DNA of 64,000 nucleotides. It comes from Diadema antillarum (taxonomy: Eukaryota). Shown here one piece after another: positions 1-14,311 of the stretch (the stretch's first letter is position 1; each line of letters starts with the position of its first letter). The DNA is taken from NCBI RefSeq assembly GCF_040938485.1, contig NW_027270920.1, forward strand, positions 868,001 through 932,000. The letters are read 5' to 3'. The notes beneath the pieces are model-generated. The model was not told the origin of the DNA and did not search any database. It was given only the letters and a program-made list of their open reading frames with translations. The position numbers and the translations under genes were made by a program.

Positions 1-548
1 GAGATAGAAGGAGAGTTGGCAAGAGAGAGGTTAAGACTGCGCAGATAAGATTGTGGGCTTCCATGCACTTTTGAAGTTCAAAAACCCAGCCTTGCAGTAC
101 TACCTTTTAGCATGACACATTATCATCGCTTTTAAGTCTTTCTGAGGAGACTAAAAGCTGGGCTGGCTTGGAGGCCCGCTCAACATTCCGCACAATATGC
201 CCAGCAAGTAGTGTTAGAGATGATCAAATATAAACACAGGTATAGATTTGGAAGAATGTGAAGGAAAGCTTCATATAATCTAACCAGACTATAATATATA
301 AGGAGATACAACAACCCAAGACATCAAGGTTACTGTTGTAGCTACAATAATTTTGCTGTACTGTTGGTGTGAATTAACTACCATATGATCTCATTTACCT
401 ACACGTAGCAATATGATTTTGAAGTCAAACTTTTAGAAGTAATCAATTGAAACTTTGTTGTGATATCTATTCATCTGCAGATGTTTTGTTACAGAGTAGC
501 AAAGAAAAAAAAAACATTTTTAATGTTTTGATATGCTTCTCTGAGCAG

Positions 549-3500
549 GAGATGCATGATCGAAGGCAGGCCCAGGAGTCCACTATAAAGGAGCTACGTA
601 GCAAGCTGAACATGATAGAAGAGGTACCTTACTGTTTGTAAGTCATTCATAGCATGCCACATTCCCAGCCAGAGCAAAGGGGCCATCATGGGGGTGAATC
701 AGACATATTGTGGATGATGTAACAGTGAACACAGATCTCACTCACTCTCACTTACTCAGTGCCGTAAGCATTACAGTCGTTGGGGGGACATGAGGAAGAT
801 ACAGCAGTTATTCTCCAGATAGGCCCAATTGATTACATTGCAACAAAGGAAAAGCATAACGTTGCTGGGGCGACAAGATCTCGTATCTACAAAATGTCAA
901 ATGTTCAGGAGAGCAAAAAAACATGGCAGCCAAAACGCTGTAACAGATGAGATAACCTTTCATTGACATGCCTTGGTGGCTTCATTTCTTGGTAAGACAT
1001 CTAGGATTTGGACAAGACATCACTTGACTGAATATCTGATCATTAATCCAAAAAGTCATTTTCACCAAAATGTGAGATCCAAGGTCTTGTCACCCCAGTG
1101 ACGACAAGGCTTGTCATAGAGAAAAATAGTGTTATGCGATGCTTTATTTTGACACTTGCATACACTGAAATAAGGGAGAATTTCTTACCAACCTGTAATA
1201 CTCAAGAAGTTATGTTTCATGAATTTTGGTTTCTAGATAGATGACTCATCTGACAAAGTGTGTTAAGATATTTGAAAGCCCTGATATTTTTATTGCCAAG
1301 GGCTCCTTTTTGTATAAGTATTTCACTGCTACCGTTCTTGGCAGGATTTCCAACGAGCCCAGAGAGAGCTTCAGTCCACACGGCGTCACACTGACCAGCT
1401 GGAGACAGAGCAGACTGACCGGGAGCAGACCGTTGGCCAGCTAAGGACCAGAGTGGCTGTACTGGAACAAGAGGTCCGGGACAAGCAAGCCCTGGCCGAC
1501 AAGTCCTCCCAGCTACTGGATGCTGCTACTGAAAACAAAGTAAGCTTTGACTTAAAGTAGGTACAAACAAGGCATTGGCGTGAAGACTAGGTAGCAGTCT
1601 GGTGACAACTCAAGGTTTTGTGTCTCTTATATGTCTCCTGGAGACGAGCCTGGTCTCGGGGAAGTCACAAAAAGATTGAACATGTTCTCCGCAATGTGTC
1701 CTTTTGTTGCGGGCGTGTTGTGGAGACTAATTTTGTCTGAGATGTCTCCATGGCCTTGCGGAGACCTATGGCTACCTACTGGCATTGATGTGGAGACATT
1801 GTGAAGACGTCTTCATAACTGATAAGACGTCTCAAGAGATGTTGCGACAATGTTCCCCCGACTTCTGGGTGAATAAGTTGTCACCTTGTTTGGAATAATT
1901 TGGAATGGTGGTCGTGGCAGTCGCGGTGACGTTTTCCGCCAGTGAGATAGGCCCCTAACCCGTGACATACCTACAGTCTCAAAGACCATTCTCATTCATC
2001 TTGATATATTCAGTCTTGTGATTTCATTTTTTGTGCAATATTCATTCCAGTTTCTTAACATGGATTAGACAAAGTAACTATGAATACGCTTTCTAAGTTT
2101 GTTGGAAATCTATTCCTTTGATAATTTCATTTCACAGTATATCTTGTAGTCATATATCAGCTTGTTTCATACTTTTTCTACATAATGAAAGCAGGAATGC
2201 AACAATTGCAGTTCAGTGAAAAATTATACTCAGAGTTGCCAACTCATATTCTATAGCAATATTTAGTATGCATTGTTTTCTGTCAAAATTAAAAAAAGAT
2301 AATCTTAACCCGTTGAAGTTATTAACCTGTTGATTGTTTGTTTGTGTTTGTTTTTATTTTTGTTTTTCTATCTGCACAAGTTAGCAGCCCTGTGATATAC
2401 ATCAATATTTTGACCATAGTTTGACAATTGGTACTCTGTTAGCCCCAACAGCCAGTAATTTAAGACATTATTCAGCATTGCTGCCAGATGTAAATATCTT
2501 GCAAATTTGAATTTGTTTATTTTGCTGCTCCACTTCTCTCCATTAAATAGGCTCAGCTTGAGGAGAGTCTGCACCACAAGAAAACCTTGATCCTAAAGCT
2601 GGAAGGCTCCCTCAAGTCAGCCTCGCAGGAAGTCCTCAAGGTTGGGCTGCCCTCTCTGTCTGAGATTTCTGCTCTCTCTTTTTCTACTTTAAAGCTACAA
2701 ACTTCCTGGCATGAGACTTTCGCGAATTGGAGCCCATGGTTTTTTTGAAGGCATGAAACTCTCATGAATTTGCTACTGACATTCAGTACATTGTGTAGAC
2801 AAAACGTTTTGGTGCTTTTACCTTTCACAAATTTTGGCTCCTTTGTGAAATTCACAAAAGTTTCATGCACATGAAAATTTCCGGTTTTGCAGTAACTCTA
2901 CTATTTAACCCTTTCTGTGTCAGAGACCTTAGACAGTGTGTGCAACACTATGGTTTGCTGTTCCCTTTGACACTGAAAGTGCACAAAGGGTTAAGCAATT
3001 TTAGCCATTTGTCTGCCGACCTTATGCCCAGATAATAATTACCCAAGAGGCACTTTGTTTTCCTGTCATTCGTCCGCATTCCTATCCATTTAGCCATTGA
3101 GATATTGATCCATCTATTTGTTTGTTTGTTTTTTTTTTCACTTGTAAGAGATAACTTGAAAAAGTAACAGTTGGAATTTTATCCATTTGATGAAAGACTG
3201 AAGTACAAGTGTACATCAAGGCAGTTTGCGACAATACAGTGTTGGCCAAACTTTTGTACAGGTCAAAGGTCAAAGCCAATTTAACTTCTCTACTCACTCT
3301 GAAATTTCACTCCTGATGTGGAATTTGGCTTATTTCTTGTGGAAGCTTCTTTGATTTAAGAATATATACGCAGTAACCATTCGTATTGACCATGAATTTT
3401 CTCAGACTCGGAAACTAATCCTGCACAGCCACCCCAGCTAATCAAGACATACGGGGTATCGGCAATTATCACTGATGTGTTAAATTCCAGCTAAGCATGT

Positions 3501-6500
3501 AACTCCACTGCTCAAATGGATCCGCTTTACTAATTTCAAAATTACTGATGTACAAAATGCCATAGCCACTTGTGATCAGGATTACATCATCACACCTTGT
3601 CACTAATTGTTCCATTCTCTTTTTGTTTTTATGATTTGTATTGTTGTTGCTTTTTTTTCATCCTTATCCAGGGCAATGAAATCATCAGAAAATTACAGGG
3701 AGAGCTGAAAGCCGCTATGGCCAAGGTAAGACTCCTGTTGTAGCAAAGTCTTCGAGACTAGCAGTTTCTTTAATTTGTTATTTCAAAATTTTGTTATAGC
3801 GGAACAATAAAGTATATAAAGATATATAAAACAATAATCAAGAGACTAAAATATCTAATTAGTTGTAACAATAGAGTTTTTGTATAACAGTGTTCATAGA
3901 AACAGAGGACACTGTCCCTACTAATAGTATTTTTTTTTGCCCCGTGTATGTGTACTGACACAGAGCAGTTGTTTTGAATTCATGCAGCTACCATGCATTC
4001 ACATATACATGTGACTTGTCATCTGTCAGGTGAAGACTTTTGGAGTGGAAGCAGACAGAATTGCATCACCAGTGATTGTTTTGTGTGTGTGACAGATACT
4101 CCAACCCAAAGCATCACTTAAACTGAAGATTCTCCCACGTTGAAGCTTAAGGCCAAAACATAGTTCTTGTATGCCAGCAGAACTGTCGATTATTGCTTTG
4201 AAATGTTCATGTACAATGTAGGGATTAGAAATGTGCGAAATAACACTGTAATGACACAATTTAAGTTGAGTAATGAGGAAAATGTGAAATATTAGTCGAA
4301 AAGGTTCTCCGGAAGTCGATAATCTCAGAGCTTACCCCATCATGGTTGCTACATGACAGAGATCATACTGTACTTTGCTTTGTTTTGTCTGCTGTTTGTT
4401 TCCAGATGAAGCTGAAGAACACTGTCACCAGTAAACAGGAGAAGCTCCTAGAGGAGAGGAGTCAGACGTTACACCGAACGGAGGAGGAGAGGGATGGTCT
4501 GAAGAAGAAAGCCGAGTCGCTGGAAACTGAGGTGAACATCCAGCTGTGATGCCAGCATGAACATAAATTCGGGGCAGCTGCAGATATTAGAATAATGTTT
4601 ACATAATAGGAAATGTGTTCAGAAATCTTGTTTCACAGCTACAATGTTTGCAAACTGATGGAATGTTAAATAGAGAAAATTGGGTACCAAGGTGCGTGGA
4701 AAATGTATCATTGGTATTTATAGATGAAGTCTGTTACAAGTATAATCACCTTTCTGGAAGCAATAGACCAATATGTACTCGGATTCCTGTGATTGAAGTG
4801 GTAGTAAGAATGTTATTTGTGACTTCGACTCTTGAAAAATTAGATAAGAGCTGATTTATGTGGAACAAGTAGACTAAAGATAGGAGATCAGCTCTCCGCA
4901 GAAAAGCTGTATATATGAATGAATGGAAAACATTACCATAGCAGGATGTGTTAAACAGTCACAAACCCAGCAAGAAGCACGTTGAATAGTTGTTGGTAAT
5001 ACAGTATGAACGTGAGAAATAGCACCAGCTTAAATGTGCAACAGGTTTGTTTACATAAATCAGTACCATGACACATTCATTGTGCATTCCATACAATGTG
5101 TATGATCTGATGTGACAGATGAATTCTGTATTCTTTTTTTTTTTCTCACAGAATGAGAGATTGAAAGAATCTATTGAGAGGATGACGTCTAAACTTGAAG
5201 AGAGCAAACAGTTGCTGAAAACAAATGAAAATGGTAAGATCTGCAAAATATTGTGTACATGTCTTTTCTGTCAGACAGACAGTTTATTTCCATTCTTTAA
5301 AAACATTTTTGTCGGTTAGGTTGTAACTTTTTATTTCAGATTCAATTCTTTGCTTGTTTCTTTTAAAAAGTGAATGAAATTTTGAATCTCCAGCAATAAG
5401 CCGTTTATTATTATATTCTTTCCCAACATCAGTTCCTTAGTAAAAGAAGAAGACGATAACTCTGATTCTCATTTATAGTCAATCCTACTTGTTCCTCACA
5501 CAGCTCCCATTCATAAACATGTCAAAGCATGAGTCTGTATCACAAACGCAGCCATATACAGTCAAGTCCACATCAATCGACGGCATTTGTCAAATAATTG
5601 GCTGTGTCCATAAAGATAAAAAGTCCTAATTTACATGCATAGTCTCATGTGTGTTATTCCTCTATATGCAGAAGTAAAAAACTGCCTATTCAAGTTGATG
5701 CATTTTCCTCATTTGAGTCATGATCGACTTATGTGGAGTTGACTGCATTAATATTTATGGCTGCTGTGCACTGTTATGGTGTATAATGTACAGAAGGAAT
5801 CGATATGATGAATAAAACTCATTTTAATGCCTATTACAGCTCTCATGATGTAGGTGTATAAAGATACCATTTACTCTCCGCTATCTCGTTCATTTTCCAG
5901 TCATAACCTGGTTGAATAAGCAAGTGAACGAGGCCCAGTTGTCTCAACGCCATGGCACAGTGGACCCATCCAGACCGCCGCCTATCACCTCCTACAAACC
6001 AGTGGCAGGAGTGAGTGGCAATTCAAGACATTTTCACCATTTTGTGTGTATCTACAAGGTTCTAGACCTCTGCACTTTTACTTAGATTTGCCTCTTTCCA
6101 GTTTGCTGATGTAGGATGTGAAATCTGTGCTTCTTTATCATAGCTTTGGAAATGTTCTTGAAATAAAGTTGACCAAATTACAAACAGGAGAAATAATGTC
6201 ACTGAGACTATATGTTCGGTGTTTACTTGAAATATCAAACTACCTCTGAATGTTATCCCAATACTGCCCTACTCGTAACCACGGTAACCAAACATTGTTA
6301 ATGCACACTGTGCGCGACACTGCATTCAGGGGACCATTTCATGAAGGAACTTGTCGGATAAAGTATCTGACAAGTCTCTTCTATCCGACCAGTTTTGAGA
6401 AATTCTTTAGTCTGATTGGCTGATTTCTCTGAACTTGTCGGATATAATTGACTTGTCTGACATTTTATCCGACAAGTTCCTTCATGAAATGCCCCCCTGT

Positions 6501-9500
6501 ATGTGAGGAAGAAATATGAAGGACAGGTTCCATGCTGTGTAATGCAATATGTGCCCACTGAGTGTTCAGTCTACAAATCATCCAGTGTCAGATTGGTTTG
6601 GAGATGTCCCATGAATAAGAGTTGTTTACTCCAAAAAGACTTCCATCAAGTAAACAAGTAAAACCAAGATTACCTTGACAGTGGGGTCATTCATCGGTAC
6701 AATACAATCTGCTCAGATCAATTTAGCATTGACAATGATTACTTTGTGTTTAGATGTACAATATATCGTATTCCGTCAGAGAAAGTTCATTTAGACGATA
6801 CAGTCCAGACAATCATGTCATGCTCATCAATAATACAGTCAACCTTGCCTAAGTTTAATCTATTTAGACCGAAGCGATAGCTTTGACTTAGAGAAAATTT
6901 GACATATGAGGGATTAGCATCATAGAATATAAAGAGAAGAGGACTTGAAAAGACCTTTGACTTATTCAAGGTTGACTTAAGCCAGGTTGACTGTGTTTCA
7001 TGGAACCATTGTCCTAGCTGGATTATGATAACATGTTTAGATTTCATACAAAGTGCTCAAATGGATGTACATACAGTGCACTCCTGAACAAGGTTATAAT
7101 GAAATTCCAGTGACAACAAATTAAAAATTCAGACCACATTATCTGCTCCTTGTTTTTTATTGTATATTGGTTCGATTATAACATAATTTCGATACAACGA
7201 AAGAATACTGCCGGTCCCCAGGATTTTGTTGTAACGGGAGTCCACTGTACAATGTATATCAGAAATCTTTGTAGTAAAATCCTTGTAAATCTTTGTAATA
7301 CCTGTAATCACATTGTTTTCAAATATTTGTTTCATTACACTGAATAGACCCTCCACCATGCAGTCGGGGCTCCAACAACCAGCTATGGCATGATGCCACG
7401 CCCGGCTTTCACTTCAACACCTGCCACAAACTCCAGTGTACCCCTCAACACCCCTCAGTCTGGTCTCAGCGCCCTCACAAGAACGTCTGAAGCAAGGTGA
7501 GAAACCTAGGCAAGTTGATATGCATGCATTCACAACTAACTAGAATGTCGCCAATTTGTGTGCCATTTCGGTCTCTTGTTCAACACATCAACTAGGCAAT
7601 CTTTGCCTGTGTTTCGGTTCATAGGGGTGTATGACACTGTACCATCTTCTGTTTCAGCAGCGTTATTTTTACTTGAGTTGCCTCTGTTTTCAAATTTACT
7701 CAATCTTATACTCAATGTCTTCAAGAGACAAAATTCGATAAGAAAAATTAAATATGGATGCCCTTGCAGTAGAGGGTGTTCGTTGGCATGAGTAGAAATT
7801 ATAGAAAGGTCCATGAAAAATTGCCAGTCTATTATGAATTACTCTGAGTCTATTTGAAAGTCTCCATTGCAAGTCCCTTGCACATGAACACCTGTAGTTG
7901 CCATTTTTATGCCTCCGCAACGAAGTGGCCGGAGGCATTATGTTTTCGGGTCGTCCGTCCGTCCGTCCGTCCGTCCGTCCCGTTTTGTTTTTGTCGATAT
8001 CTCAAGAACCGTGTGGTGGTTTTACATCAAACTTGGTATGAGGGTATATCCTTGGGGGATAATACTTTGTGTGGATTTTAGGGTCACAGGGTCAAAGGTC
8101 AAAGGTCACAGGTTATTTTGTGAAAAAAAAATTGAAATTTCATGTTTTTCTCCATATCTCGCAAATGGTTCAAGGTATCTTCATGGAACTTAGTATATAT
8201 GCTTGTACTGATGGGCAGTGATTATCTAGGGAAGTTGGGGTCGTGGGTCAAAGGTCAGGGGGTCAAAGGTCAAGGTCAACTCCTCAAAATATCACTACTT
8301 TCCTTAGAATGCAATATGCCTGAAGGTTTTTTTTTTTAAAACTTGATGTATGGCATGTATTACCCAATATATATTTTTGGGGAAGTTTCTTGCCAAAAGG
8401 TCAAAGGTCAAAGGTCAAAGGTCAAGTGAAAGTGCTAAATTGCACTTTTTCCTCCATATCTCGAAAGTAACTCCAGGTATCATCATGAAACTGACATATT
8501 TATGCATGTTCAACCTAACAGTGATTCTCTTTGGAACTGTGAGGTCAAAGGTCAAAGGCCAGGTTTAGATAATGCTATTTTCCCATTTGATACTGAAATT
8601 ATACTTTTCCTCAATACCTTGAAAATTACTCAATGCATAAACTTATAAAAGGGTCAAAAGTCAAGTAAAAATCATCAGTTCCCCAAATACCTGCACTCTG
8701 ACATTTTAATCATTGTTCCAATTGAACCTAGTTCTAGGAAAGTGAACATTCAGCACATTTGTGTCAAACCTGTCCTTTTAATATTTTGCCAGTTGTGTGA
8801 AACTGTCATCACACATTGTCAAGACATTGTACTATAGACCTATTAGGAGAACCATGCATTATGGCGGAGGCATATCAGTAGCCGTAGCGATATGTCTAGT
8901 TTTGAATGTATCGATTATTGGCAAGTGCTATATTCTATTTGTCAGAGTCTTCAAAGTCATCAAAGTTTAGCCAATTACGGTTACCTAATTTAGGGCATGT
9001 GTTATCAAAAACATACACTCAGGGAGTCTATTAATTGCTATCAGAACTTTTCTTACTTAGCAGCTAAATTATCAGTCATTTGATTGCAGGCAGTACAAGG
9101 CTGTTGATGGGTACTACGGCAGAATTTTAATGACATTAGTTGCAAAAGGACCTTTGCTGCAAACCCTTTTTTGGTCTCTCCCCTATTCCCCTTGTAGCCC
9201 CGCCTTGGACCCGAAGTACCTTCAGAAGCAAGATCCACCTGTGGTAGCTGCCCCGGCCCCTCCTTTACCCAGCCACCATCAGCTGTTGGCAGGTGTGCAG
9301 AGACCCAAAGCCCCCACCCAGCACCCCTCTCAGACATACCCCCTCTCTCAGACACACCCTCCACCCTCAGCCCCTGGGGGGCAGGTTAAGCTAAGGCCAA
9401 CCATGGGGCAGCAGGGAGGGGCCGGTGGACCAAGGGGCAGTCAGGGGCAGCCACCGCTGATGAGTGCTTACTTCCCACGCTCCATGCAGACCGCTACCTG

Positions 9501-9501
9501 A
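549..9501 (+). CDS. SASS6: Spindle assembly abnormal protein 6 homolog (SAS-6), 5'-partial, multi-exon
   Basis: Nine phase-compatible coding exons with canonical AG/GT sites: 549-623, 1345-1539, 2551-2640, 3672-3725, 4406-4531, 5152-5233, 5901-6010, 7348-7496, 9198-9501 (TGA). Spliced translation gives EMHDRRQAQESTIKELRSKLNMIEE...RVAVLEQEVRDK...[33 protein letters not shown]...KLEESKQLLKTNENVITWLNKQVNE...PALDPKYLQK...SAYFP. This matches recalled SAS-6 coiled-coil and C-terminal motifs (ANEIIKKLQGDLK, KLKLKNTVT.QQEKLL, KLEESKQLLKNNE.LITWLNK, SAYFP). The head-domain exons lie upstream of the window. Confidence 0.92.
6327..6499. mobile_element. MITE with ~35-bp terminal inverted repeats (Harbinger-like termini) in a SASS6 intron
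   Basis: Left GGGGACCATTTCATGAAGGAACTTGTCGGATAAA matches the reverse complement of right TTTATCCGACAAGTTCCTTCATGAAATGCCCCC. Superfamily assignment is inference. Confidence 0.7.
7072..7249. mobile_element. Tc1/mariner (pogo/Tigger-like) MITE
   Basis: TACAGTG...CACTGTA termini with internal GTTATAA/ACAACG motifs. Related copies lie near 11110-11280, 14890-15320 and downstream of class B TLRs. Confidence 0.6.
7904..8900. mobile_element. Helentron-associated (HINE/DINE-like) element in the last SASS6 intron
   Basis: Subterminal inverted repeat TATGCCTCCGC (7908) versus GCGGAGGCATA (8864-8874), a (CGTC)n microsatellite at 7950-7980, internal GGTCAAAGGTCA repeats and T-rich flanks. Confidence 0.6.
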
Positions 9502-12355
9502 GAGGTTCACACTTCCATCATTATACATGAACCTTGTTATAAAGGGTTGATTTTAACAAAACCCCTTTAAAAACAAGATGATTTTGTATGCCCCAACTCT
9601 TACCCAGTTCAGGACAAGGTGATTTTGCTTTCACACATGTTTCCCATAGACACCTGCCCTAGTATACTCTGGACTACAGTCTTTACCAGGTTACCCTGAT
9701 ATCACGAAAGGCCCGATAAAAGAGGGTAATTGTCATGATTTTAGGTCCTTGTTGTACTGAGGTTTCCCTGTATTGCACTTTGATCTTTCAGGATAAAAGT
9801 GATATTATTTTGAGTGTAGCTTTACACCAGTGGTGTCATCACAGCTGCATAGAGGTTTCAGTGTCATTAGCCTCTCAAGTCTTCCACAGTGCTTGTGGTA
9901 TCCTGTGTATGTTTGTAAACACCTAGTGTTACATGGGTGTCATTATCCCTCTCATAAGGTTTGCACATCATGACGGACACAAATTGTTCCCACCGAAACT
10001 CTGGTCCTTTATGTACAGCAAAGGTAACATGTGTTATCACAGCTACCCAAGGGTTCAATGTGCCACTAACCACTTGAAACGTAGCAGAAATCCTTTGTTC
10101 ATAAATGCATGGGTAAATTAGGAATTTTTGTTTTTTAGCTTTTAGTGAAGCAAATTTCTGCTCGGGTGACTATAACCCAAGCACAGTTTACTGTATCTCT
10201 AAATATGAATGCTGTCATATTCTCAGAAGTTTGCAGTCAAGTGCAAAACTTGCAACATCCACACCATAAACACTTTGACAATAATGCAAAATATCTTTTT
10301 ATATGCTTTAATCTTGTAAAAGCGTAATGTCAGGTGAAAAAGTGATGAATTTGTACACGGTATATTCAAGCAAAGTGAATTCTACCCAGTTGTGGGGAAG
10401 TAAATTGTATGAACAGAATTAAAAGAAAAATGAAATTGTGAAATCTATTTTACAAGTGAGGAATGGATTCCTTTTACTAGTGACTGTTGAATAGCTTGGA
10501 AGTTTTTATGTGCAGTATTTAGTGCTTGTGGGATATTCTCCCATATTGTTTAATCTACTCAAGGGGGCTCCAAGAGAGGGCATTTGACTGTCAAGAGTAA
10601 TATGTGGTTGCATCTTTGGGCGATTTTGTATCCAGTTTTTCATTCACCACCAAATGCATTATTGCGACCATTTCATCGTTGAGGGGTTTTGCAACCACTG
10701 ATGGGGCTGCAAATTTTGCAGCTATCATCAATACTTTTTGTGATTTTCTAAAGTCTGATGATGCCATGCTAATACTAAAGAGTAATATCACACATCTTAC
10801 TTGGCATAATGTGACGTTGAACAAGGAATTGACTCTCTCACATAGAACCTCAAGTCACATGACTCATCATGTGACTCCGGGATAGTAAGCTAAAAAATGA
10901 AACAGCCATTGAAACAATCTAAAAAACAAAAATTCAGGTACTAAGGAATACTGTATAATTTGTACTTGAAAGAATACATTTATGCACTTGTGTTAATGAG
11001 TAGAAGGCCGAGTGATCTTGAAAACTGAAGAGGTCTTTTTAACCTTCTGAGATACACGTTATTGTTTGCCTATGTGAGGTATTTTGCTATTACAGTGCAC
11101 TCCCATGTAATGGACATGGTTATAACAAAATTCTGGTCACAAAGAAAAAATTCAGGCCGCAACATTATCCGCTCTCTGTTTTTTTATTGCTTTATTGTTT
11201 GGTTTTAACGAAATTTTGATACAATGAAAGAAAACTGCCGGTCCCGAGCATTTTGTTGTAAAACAGGAGTTCTCTGTAGTACTCACAGGCAAACATAAAG
11301 CAGAGCAATTGTTCCTTTGAAACCATATAAGAGAGATTGTCTTTAGACCGTATTCTAACTGTACTTGTGAGAATCATACTCATACGAAAGGAGTAATTGT
11401 AAAGCCTGAAATTTCTTTTACTCTCTCGTAATCATGTGGTAATGATAAAACTCATCTTTTGAGATGGATATTTACTGTGTGGTGTTTGTAAATAGTGTCA
11501 CTGTTTCTTTTAAAAAAGCAACTTTTATTGTATAATTTGAATGTATCCATGTAAAATTTGCATATTTTGTATATTTTAAATAAAGTTTTGATTGTAATAG
11601 CATATAAACATGATCCTTTGGTCTTGAAATGTGTCATTAAACAGTCTTTGAAGATACACTTCTGTCTAAAGAAGGAACAACAGGAGCCCTTGTGTAAACA
11701 GTGAATTCTAAGCAACTTGTCAACCCTCATTTTTTCTCATTTCACAGTATGGCTCATTTGATTTGTGTATTTGTGAAGTCATCTTGTAGAGTAGTTAAAT
11801 AGTTCCCTGATATGATTTATTGACGAGAATGATTTTGTCACAAGAAGGAGAAAGTAAGGAAATGAAATGAACAGTCAAATGAATGCAGAAAAAGATATAC
11901 CACTTGATAGTGCTTGTTGAGTTATTGTAATATTCAAAACATACTTGTAAAATGGCAATATGGATCGCTCAAAGCTGACAAGACCAGTCTTTAACTTTGC
12001 CAAAGTGCCAAAAGTTCTGCAATTATTTTTCACTCAGTGTAAGTATAGATACGAATGGCTGCTTGCCTGCACTCACCTGCATTGCCTTTATATATTTACA
12101 AAAGAAATGCAATTGTTTGTGCATGTGTGTGTGTGTGTGTAGTCACCAATACATAAAAACAAATTATGCACATTACTTGGACAGAAGTAAATTAATTTTC
12201 CATCCTTTGCAATTTTACGACAGTCTAAAACAGACTTGCAAAGTTACTGCTGGGAGGATAATTCTTACTAATGGCCTATGTAATGTGTATTATTTGTATA
12301 CCATTTACATTGTCTGCAGTGCTGCTGTTGTATTCATGGTTGATTTCATGCATCC

Positions 12356-12453
12356 AATAAATACTGTTCTCAAGTGCTCTTTTTTTTTTACAACAAACAG
12401 ACAAAAAAGGTCAAAAGCCACAATTCCAATGTGAAGATCAAAACCATTTTATT
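12356..12453. terminator. Candidate paired polyadenylation signals for convergent SASS6 (+) and PPWD1 (-)
   Basis: AATAAA on + at 12356-12361 is followed by a T-rich tract. AATAAA on - at 12453-12448 is followed on that strand by TTTTTTGTCTGTTTGTTGT. No transcript evidence. Confidence 0.35.
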
Positions 12454-14311
12454 TGAGGTCATATTCTCTCTTTCGAAGCCAAAGATCATGTAGCGACATA
12501 ATTATAATGATATCATACAAGTACGACAGATGTAAAAAAAGCCTATTTTCTCACATTGAAAGGCTGCTGCCCTCTCTTGTTGGCCATTATGCACTCTCTC
12601 AATCTCATCTAAAGATGGCATTTGAGATGAGGAAAGCACATGTCATGCTTTGGACATGAATACAGACAGAACAAATGAAAATTATGGTATTCTTGAAATT
12701 CCAGTGAGTTTACCAGTATGCTTAAAGCATATTCCTATCACTTTAACCTGCTCAGGACCAGTCCTGAGTTAAGATGAAGAGAGGGAATATTCCCCAGGGG
12801 CTTGTTGTATAAAACATTTAACCTGGGAAAAACTCTGGTAATAACTGAAAACTCAGGTTAGTATGATGCTGCCATTGACTTTAAGTTTAACAAAGGAAAA
12901 AATTCTGCAAAAAATCAACACAAGTTTTTCTCAGTTACAAAAGTTTCATACAACAAGCCCAAAGTGTGAGTCACTTTCTACTCTGAATTATATGGAGTAC
13001 ATTGTAAGAAAAGACTCTCATTTCAGTTCTGAAACAAGGATTCTTCCGGAGATGCACCACAATGTTTTGCAAATGAGGGCTAAAACACCTCTAACAAAAA
13101 CGAGGACAGTCAAAAACTAAAGGGCTCTGGCTACAAGTTTAAAAGACCCTGTACCATGGGACTTCAAGGAGCGAGAAGACTGGCCTGGTTCAGATATATT
13201 AGAGAATCCCTGCAATGAATTGTGCACAGCTTTATCACTGATCTCTATATAAGTATGCACAAAGCTGTAGAATCTTGACCGGAGTCGACCGTTAGCGATG
13301 AGTGTACACTTTTTAGATGCACATAATTATTAATTGATCGGTGCTATACAGTACATGGTTTTCATATGTACCCTGTGGGCAGCGAATGAATTTGAGCACT
13401 CTTGAATTCCCATGCTACAAAGTCTTTAAGATAATGATTATCTCAGTGCAATACCACACCATGGTAAAATTGGTCATTATCAGTTTGAACGAACTTAAAA
13501 ATTGATTTGGAATTGCATTCTATGAAGACAATGAAGAAAAAGGAGAGACTTTGTTTCATTTTTATATCATGACGTCAACTGATATTTCAGTTCATCCATT
13601 CAGCACAGCACAAATTCTCACAACTGGAAATATTACAGTACCTGGTACCCTTGACAAGGTCTCTTCAAACTCTAAATGTAGGTAAATGTACCACAGCATA
13701 GATTGGGTTTGTCAGCATAAGTATGGACACTGGCTGCATTTATGACTATTAAAAAGTTCATTCCTTTACCCAATATGGAAAACAAGTGTCATGAAAATAT
13801 TAGAGAGAAATGGCATAGACAAACATTGTAGTGAAGTTACCATTAAAGGCTTAAATATACATGTACAGCACTGTAGGTTAGCATAGTTGTCCAGTCAATA
13901 ATTTCATGGCATTTGGAATGGAAATATCATTCATATTTCCAGCAAATGAATAACATTTCTTCTCCTCTGTGTGTGTGTGTGTTCTTATAAACGGCTCCAA
14001 TTGGGAATATTGTAGTGTGTCACTCTAGGCAACAGGGGATAATACTAAACTGAATTCAAATGTTTTTTGTGGTTTTCAATTAAAATTTGTCCATTTATCA
14101 CAATAAATAAAAATAATTTGTCTAGAAACAATGAAATATGCCCAGTTACATTGAGCAAACTATCATATCCCCAAATGAAGCATACTAGGAGAATGTGTGT
14201 GAGTATGTGTGTATGTGTGTCCTTGTTGACTGCATCCTCTGAGGTACGAATTGAGACCACACCCATGCGGGAGGGACTGTTGGTATCACAGAGCCTTGGT
14301 GTCCATCCCCA

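Noticed and set aside
9053-9364. 103-aa Gly-rich minus-strand ORF
   Set aside because: Antisense shadow of the Pro-rich last SASS6 exon.
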